From IMG/VR virus record IMGVR_UViG_3300018489_000278: a stretch of DNA of 64,000 nt; one strand, 5' to 3'. How positions within the stretch are numbered: the stretch's first letter is position 1; every line of letters starts with the position of its first letter. A program made the translations under genes and the position numbers. This DNA comes from a virus. Its lineage: Duplodnaviria > Heunggongvirae > Uroviricota > Caudoviricetes. Below are positions 59,875 through 64,000 of this stretch, piece by piece. The notes beneath the pieces were generated by a model. It did not search any database. It was not told the DNA's origin and saw only the letters and a list, made by a program, of their open reading frames with translations.

Positions 59875-61306
59875 CGTAAACGAACTGGCGAAAATAGTAA
59901 AAGTAAGCACGCTTACGATATACAGGCATCTGTATAAAAAAGAAATAAAAGCAATAAAAGCAGGAAAACAGTGGAGAATACCTGAGGAAGAAGTCGAGAG
60001 AATAAAAAAGAAGGATTCTGAGGTAAAGATGAAGAAGGTGTTGAAAATTTCTCATCTTCGTATTCGTCCAGAACTTCAAAATCTTTTACCTATGGTTGCA
60101 GGTGATACTTATAGCGAGCTTAAGAGCAGTATCCAACAAAAAGGATACCTCGATAGCGTATCTTTGATTGTTGTAGATAAAGACCATTACATCGTTGACG
60201 GTTATGCAAGATTCCAAATATTAAAAGAACTTGGATATGATAGCGTAACAGTTATAGAGAAAGAGTTTTCAAGTATAGAAGAGGAGCAGTTGTATAGAAT
60301 AAGAGAGAATATTAACAGGAGACCTTTTACAGAAGCAGAGAAAACAATATACAGAAAAAAGATAAAAGAATTAGAATCTGTGTTAGCCAAACCACAAGAA
60401 GAAATAGAAGAAACAGTTGAACCTGTTTTTAGTGGCATTTTAAAAGAAAGTGAAATTAAGAAGGTACCTGATAATTATTTTGATTGTGTTGTTGTGAACG
60501 ATCTTCAATATGTAAATTTGGCAAAAAAGAAAGTAAAAGATTCAGGCAGTCTGTTTTTTGTTGCAAAAGATACAGAGGATCTTGTTTCTATAATTAAAAA
60601 AGAACAAGTAAAAGATATTGTTGTGCATGAGAGAACAAAAAACAGTATTCGTTTCTTAGTTTGTTTAAAAGAGTGTGATTTAACAGAGAAAGATAAAGTC
60701 CGTGTTTTAAGCGGGCTTTTTTATGAAGCGATAAAATATATGATAAAGAGTACGAAAGAAGGAGATAGTGTTCTTTACTTATTAGCTGATACTTTTTGTC
60801 CCATGATAGAGGCAGAGAATAGAAAGCTTTTAACAGTTGCGAAAAATAAAGAGTATGAAACACTTGCTAAAAGTTGGGATACACTTCAAAAAGAATACAA
60901 GAAGAAAATGAAAAAAGAAGAAGCCGTTCAACCGAATGGAGTTAATATGCAAGAAATGGTTCATTGGTTGTGGGTTGAGAAGAAGGGTATTCCAGAAGAA
61001 GAGTTCTCAAAGTTTGGTCCTGCCTTCTTTAGAAAAGAGATGGGCGCGCTAAAAGATTTGCTTGCACTTCATACAAAAGAGCAGATAGAAGATGCAGTTG
61101 AGCATTTTTTGAGTGATAAATTCTGGCGACCTAAAGTAAGTTATTCTCTCGTATTAAAGCGCTGGGCTGATTATGTTTCTTCAGTAGCATACAAAGAGCG
61201 TGGTATTATAGATTTTGATGAAACAGCTAACGATAAAAGAGAAGCATTAGAGAAGTTGAAAGAGATACAGAGCAAGAAGCTAAACGGAGGTTTGGCTAAT
61301 GAGTAA
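59837..61306 (+). CDS. Excisionase-type HTH plus ParB-like N-domain protein (candidate replication/partition initiator)
   Basis: N-terminal YSVNELAKIVKVSTLTIYRHLYKKEIKAIKAGKQWRIPEEEV (HTH_17) followed by ParB/Srx-like IVDGYARFQILKELG. Confidence 0.45.
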   Translation: MKMSETQEKKMYSVNELAKIVKVSTLTIYRHLYKKEIKAIKAGKQWRIPEEEVERIKKKDSEVKMKKVLKISHLRIRPELQNLLPMVAGDTYSELKSSIQQKGYLDSVSLIVVDKDHYIVDGYARFQILKELGYDSVTVIEKEFSSIEEEQLYRIRENINRRPFTEAEKTIYRKKIKELESVLAKPQEEIEETVEPVFSGILKESEIKKVPDNYFDCVVVNDLQYVNLAKKKVKDSGSLFFVAKDTEDLVSIIKKEQVKDIVVHERTKNSIRFLVCLKECDLTEKDKVRVLSGLFYEAIKYMIKSTKEGDSVLYLLADTFCPMIEAENRKLLTVAKNKEYETLAKSWDTLQKEYKKKMKKEEAVQPNGVNMQEMVHWLWVEKKGIPEEEFSKFGPAFFRKEMGALKDLLALHTKEQIEDAVEHFLSDKFWRPKVSYSLVLKRWADYVSSVAYKERGIIDFDETANDKREALEKLKEIQSKKLNGGLANE

Positions 61307-61987
61307 TAACGATGTTATCAAAGAGATATTCTTGAAAGTTTATTCAGATAGACTAAAAGAGTATATCCTTTTTGATTTGCCACAAGAAGATCAGAATAAA
61401 GTAGATGCTTTATCCGATGCATTATTGTCAAATCAATATATTAATGTGTGGATCGCAGGAAAAATGGGAACAGGTAAAACGACAACAGCAGTTAAATTGC
61501 TTATGTCTATGTTTGCCAAGCAGAATCAGGATACTTTGAATGCTTTGGATGGTATGGACGAAATCAAAAAAGAGCTTACTATGAATGAATTAAGGCATAA
61601 ACTTATAGATAATTTTGAGTATTTTAATATGTCTGAATTATTTTTGAATTGAGTTATTACAAGTATGAAAGATATAATGATTTGCCAGTTAACAAAGTTA
61701 TCGTAATGGACGATCTCGGATGGGCTGAAAGAAATGCAAACGATAATCCGTTGTATCTTGAGCTTTTTAATATGTGGATAGAAAAAAGATACGCGAATAG
61801 AAGTATTAATATTGTAACAACAAACTTTCAGGCTGATAAGTTAATGAGAGATATTCCTGCTATTGCACGCTCTGTTGATAGACTTTCTCAAGTGGATAGA
61901 ACATTCTTAATTGATCTAAAAAGTGCAAAGAGTTTAAGGTCTAGGCTTAAAGAGATACAGGATAACGAAAATGGAGTTGAAAAATGA
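61299..61987 (+). CDS. DnaC/IstB-like AAA+ helicase loader, frame change at the T5 run near 61640
   Basis: Walker A VWIAGKMGTGKTTTA in 61299-61652 and Walker B VIVMDDLGW in 61649-61987 must belong to one protein. Confidence 0.6.
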
Positions 61988-63258
61988 GTGAGAAAATACT
62001 ATTTAGCCAAGAGATTGAAGCAGCATTGGTAGGTGCTTGTTTATCTGGCAAGCCAGAGGTTCTGTATAGAGTATTTGATATTATTTCTCCTGAAGATTGT
62101 TATTTTGATGAGTTTAAAATCATTATGAGAGCAATTAAAGAGCTTGTTGAAAAACAAACAGAAGTTGATATTGCGGTTGTTTCTGAATATTTAAGACAGA
62201 AAGGAGAACTTGATAAAGTCGGAGGATTAGAGTTTCTTGTGAAGCTTTATAATTCTACTGTTGCGACGGCTAATGCTTCTGCTTATGCAAAGTTAGTGAG
62301 AAAATATTCGACTGCAAGGAAAATAGAAGAAATCAGTAAGTGGGGATATGAGAATGCAGGTATATTAGATAACGATGAACTTTTAAATGCAATATCTGAA
62401 AAGATTATTCAGTTAAGAGAAAATAAACCGAGAGACAAATCAGAAGTATTGTCGGATATTATTGACGGTTTTTCGCATGTATCTCCATATTTTAAGACAG
62501 GATACAGTGTTATAGACAGGTATGTAAGAATGGAAAGGCGAACATATAATGTTATTGCTGCAAGGCCTGGTGTTGGTAAAACATCGTTAGCATTGAATAT
62601 GGGATTAAACATGTCAAAAGAAAAAGTCCATGTATTGTTTGTAAGTTACGAGATGTCCACAGATGAATTGCTAAAAAGAGCATTATCCGCGGAATCTTCT
62701 GTAGCTTACGATAAAATTCAGTCTGGCAATATAGGAGAAACAGATGCGCAAGCATTATTAGAAGCATCGGCTCGTATTGCAGAAGATTACACTATTGAGA
62801 TTACAGATACAGCACCGCACGATGTTAATTCGTTTACTAACTATGTGAAAAAAAGACATGCAGAATTGCCACTTGACGTGGTTTTTATAGATTACATGCA
62901 GTTAATGAGCAGTAAAGGATACGGTTATAGTGGTTCACGGGTCGCGGAAATTTCAGACATTTCCATGAAGATTAAAAGACTAGCAAGAGAACTTAATATT
63001 TCTATTATTGCATTGTCTCAACTGTCTCGTGCAATAGAAAAGCGTGGAGAAAATAGCGAGCCTAGATTGTCAGATCTCAAAGAGTCAAGTAGTATTGAGC
63101 AAGACGCAGATAGTGTTATTTTCTTATACGGAGACGAAGAAGATCTTGCATTAGGTGATATAAGTATCAAAGTAGCAAAAAACAGGAATGGCCAAGTTGG
63201 AGATGGTCGTTTGTATTTTAGAAAAAGTATTCAAAAATTTGAAGAGGTTGGGAAGTAA
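61984..63258 (+). CDS. dnaB: Replicative DNA helicase DnaB
   Basis: DnaB N-terminal domain (ILFSQEIEAALVGACL) and RecA-like core with Walker A IAARPGVGKTSLALN. Confidence 0.75.
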   Translation: MSEKILFSQEIEAALVGACLSGKPEVLYRVFDIISPEDCYFDEFKIIMRAIKELVEKQTEVDIAVVSEYLRQKGELDKVGGLEFLVKLYNSTVATANASAYAKLVRKYSTARKIEEISKWGYENAGILDNDELLNAISEKIIQLRENKPRDKSEVLSDIIDGFSHVSPYFKTGYSVIDRYVRMERRTYNVIAARPGVGKTSLALNMGLNMSKEKVHVLFVSYEMSTDELLKRALSAESSVAYDKIQSGNIGETDAQALLEASARIAEDYTIEITDTAPHDVNSFTNYVKKRHAELPLDVVFIDYMQLMSSKGYGYSGSRVAEISDISMKIKRLARELNISIIALSQLSRAIEKRGENSEPRLSDLKESSSIEQDADSVIFLYGDEEDLALGDISIKVAKNRNGQVGDGRLYFRKSIQKFEEVGK

Positions 63259-63327
63259 AATGTATTGTAAAAAAGACAGTATTATGTTAAAATATTATTG
63301 TAAAGAATTCTTTAAGTATGGAGGTGT

Positions 63328-63744
63328 ATGGTGATAGAGATTAAAGGTGTGAATGAATTTGACAAAAGCGAATTAGCTCAAAAAGCTTATGCAATTATCT
63401 TAAAACAGATCAGCTCTATTTGTAAACAAGCTAACATGTTAGATGAAACTTATATGCAAGCGTCCAGTGTGATAGGTCATACTGATGCAGTGTTGGAGAA
63501 AGAAATATCAGAACTAATGGATAAAGTGGATCTTGTTTCAACGATTTCTTTTAGAGTTATAGATGATTTAATGTCATATGCAAGAAGACCTGATATTACC
63601 AAAGATCAAGTGATGAGAAAATTGAAATCAGCAGTATCAGTGCTAGAACCTGTTTATATTGATGTCGATAGCGCTTGTCGTAGGGTTCTCAACGAAGTAG
63701 AACTATTTAGTACGCCTATTAAACATTACATGGAGGAGAAATGA
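63328..63744 (+). CDS. Hypothetical protein (138 aa, GTG start)
   Basis: Intact ORF downstream of dnaB. Confidence 0.25.
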   Translation: MVIEIKGVNEFDKSELAQKAYAIILKQISSICKQANMLDETYMQASSVIGHTDAVLEKEISELMDKVDLVSTISFRVIDDLMSYARRPDITKDQVMRKLKSAVSVLEPVYIDVDSACRRVLNEVELFSTPIKHYMEEK

Positions 63745-64000
63745 GCAAAGATAAAATCTTAGACATAGAAGAACGAATTATAGGTTTGTATAATAAGTTA
63801 GCGGATCTAAAAAATCTTTATCAGGTTAAAATGTCTTCAATATCGCAAAATAGCAAAAATGTCGAGGATATAAAGCAGGATCTTGATTTTATAGCAACAG
63901 CTATTAATGATATTGTTGGTGAGTTTAAGTCTTTAACTCCTGAGGACAAAGGATTGTATTCTGTCATAAAGAAAGTCGATGAAAAAGTCTCCTTTTTAGA
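63741..64000 (+). CDS. Hypothetical protein, 5' partial (runs off the window)
   Basis: ATG overlaps the previous stop (ATGA); coiled-coil-like sequence. Confidence 0.3.
   Translation, partial: MSKDKILDIEERIIGLYNKLADLKNLYQVKMSSISQNSKNVEDIKQDLDFIATAINDIVGEFKSLTPEDKGLYSVIKKVDEKVSFL

Noticed and set aside
8725-60863. Short minus-strand ORFs in the AT-rich region (e.g. 8725-8946, 9794-10081, 11783-12058, 12272-12583, 25409-25606, 30927-31241, 40594-40800, 51478-51801, 60594-60863)
   Set aside because: Each is embedded antisense in a longer, motif-supported plus-strand gene. Low-complexity AT-rich translations (poly-F/I/L/N) are typical of spurious antisense ORFs.
122-61987. Programmed ribosomal frameshifting
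   Set aside because: Too many sites, scattered over unrelated housekeeping genes (lepA, gmk, tmk, dnaN) and lacking slippery-heptamer plus structure contexts. Homopolymer indel error is far more likely.
1-64000. Alternative genetic code (stop-codon reassignment) as the cause of the many interrupted genes
   Set aside because: The interruptions are frame changes (the protein continues in another frame, often at a homopolymer run), not in-frame stops. Many 300-800 aa ORFs read uninterrupted in the standard code.

Overview
The window has two compositionally distinct parts. Positions 1 to about 4975 are roughly 45% GC and carry minus-strand bacterial housekeeping genes in a Firmicutes-like remA-gmk-rpoZ-coaBC order, followed by lepA (broken into three frames) and preceded by only the 3' part of tdh. 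From about 4985 to 64000 the DNA is about 30% GC and every gene I can support lies on the + strand, tightly packed with overlapping stop/start codons. This looks like a large phage or phage-plasmid-like element. It encodes a broken MmeI-like type IIG RM enzyme and a possible defence cassette. There is also a Dcm relic, a HepT/MntA-like pair, RNase H, NrdG, a ParB-like protein plus two orphan beta-class MTases, and HD-GYP. Further on are a large secreted S1 protease, a pseudopilin operon, an Rnl5-like RNA ligase and NrdD. Downstream lies the most unusual feature. About 26 kb (30.4-56.6 kb) is filled by roughly 25-30 divergent tandem paralogs in two related families, A and B, that share a [FY][FY]LP beta-hairpin signature. 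I recognise no known family in them. An AbiEi/AbiEii toxin-antitoxin pair, ThyX and Tmk are embedded in this array. The window ends with RseP and a replication module (dnaN, HTH-ParB-like, DnaC-like loader, DnaB). Many conserved genes (lepA, gmk, RM, nrdD, tmk, dnaN, loader, several paralogs) are interrupted by frame changes, many of them at homopolymer runs. This most likely reflects indel sequencing errors, so the ORF boundaries of the fragmented genes are provisional. I saw no rRNA, tRNA or CRISPR array.
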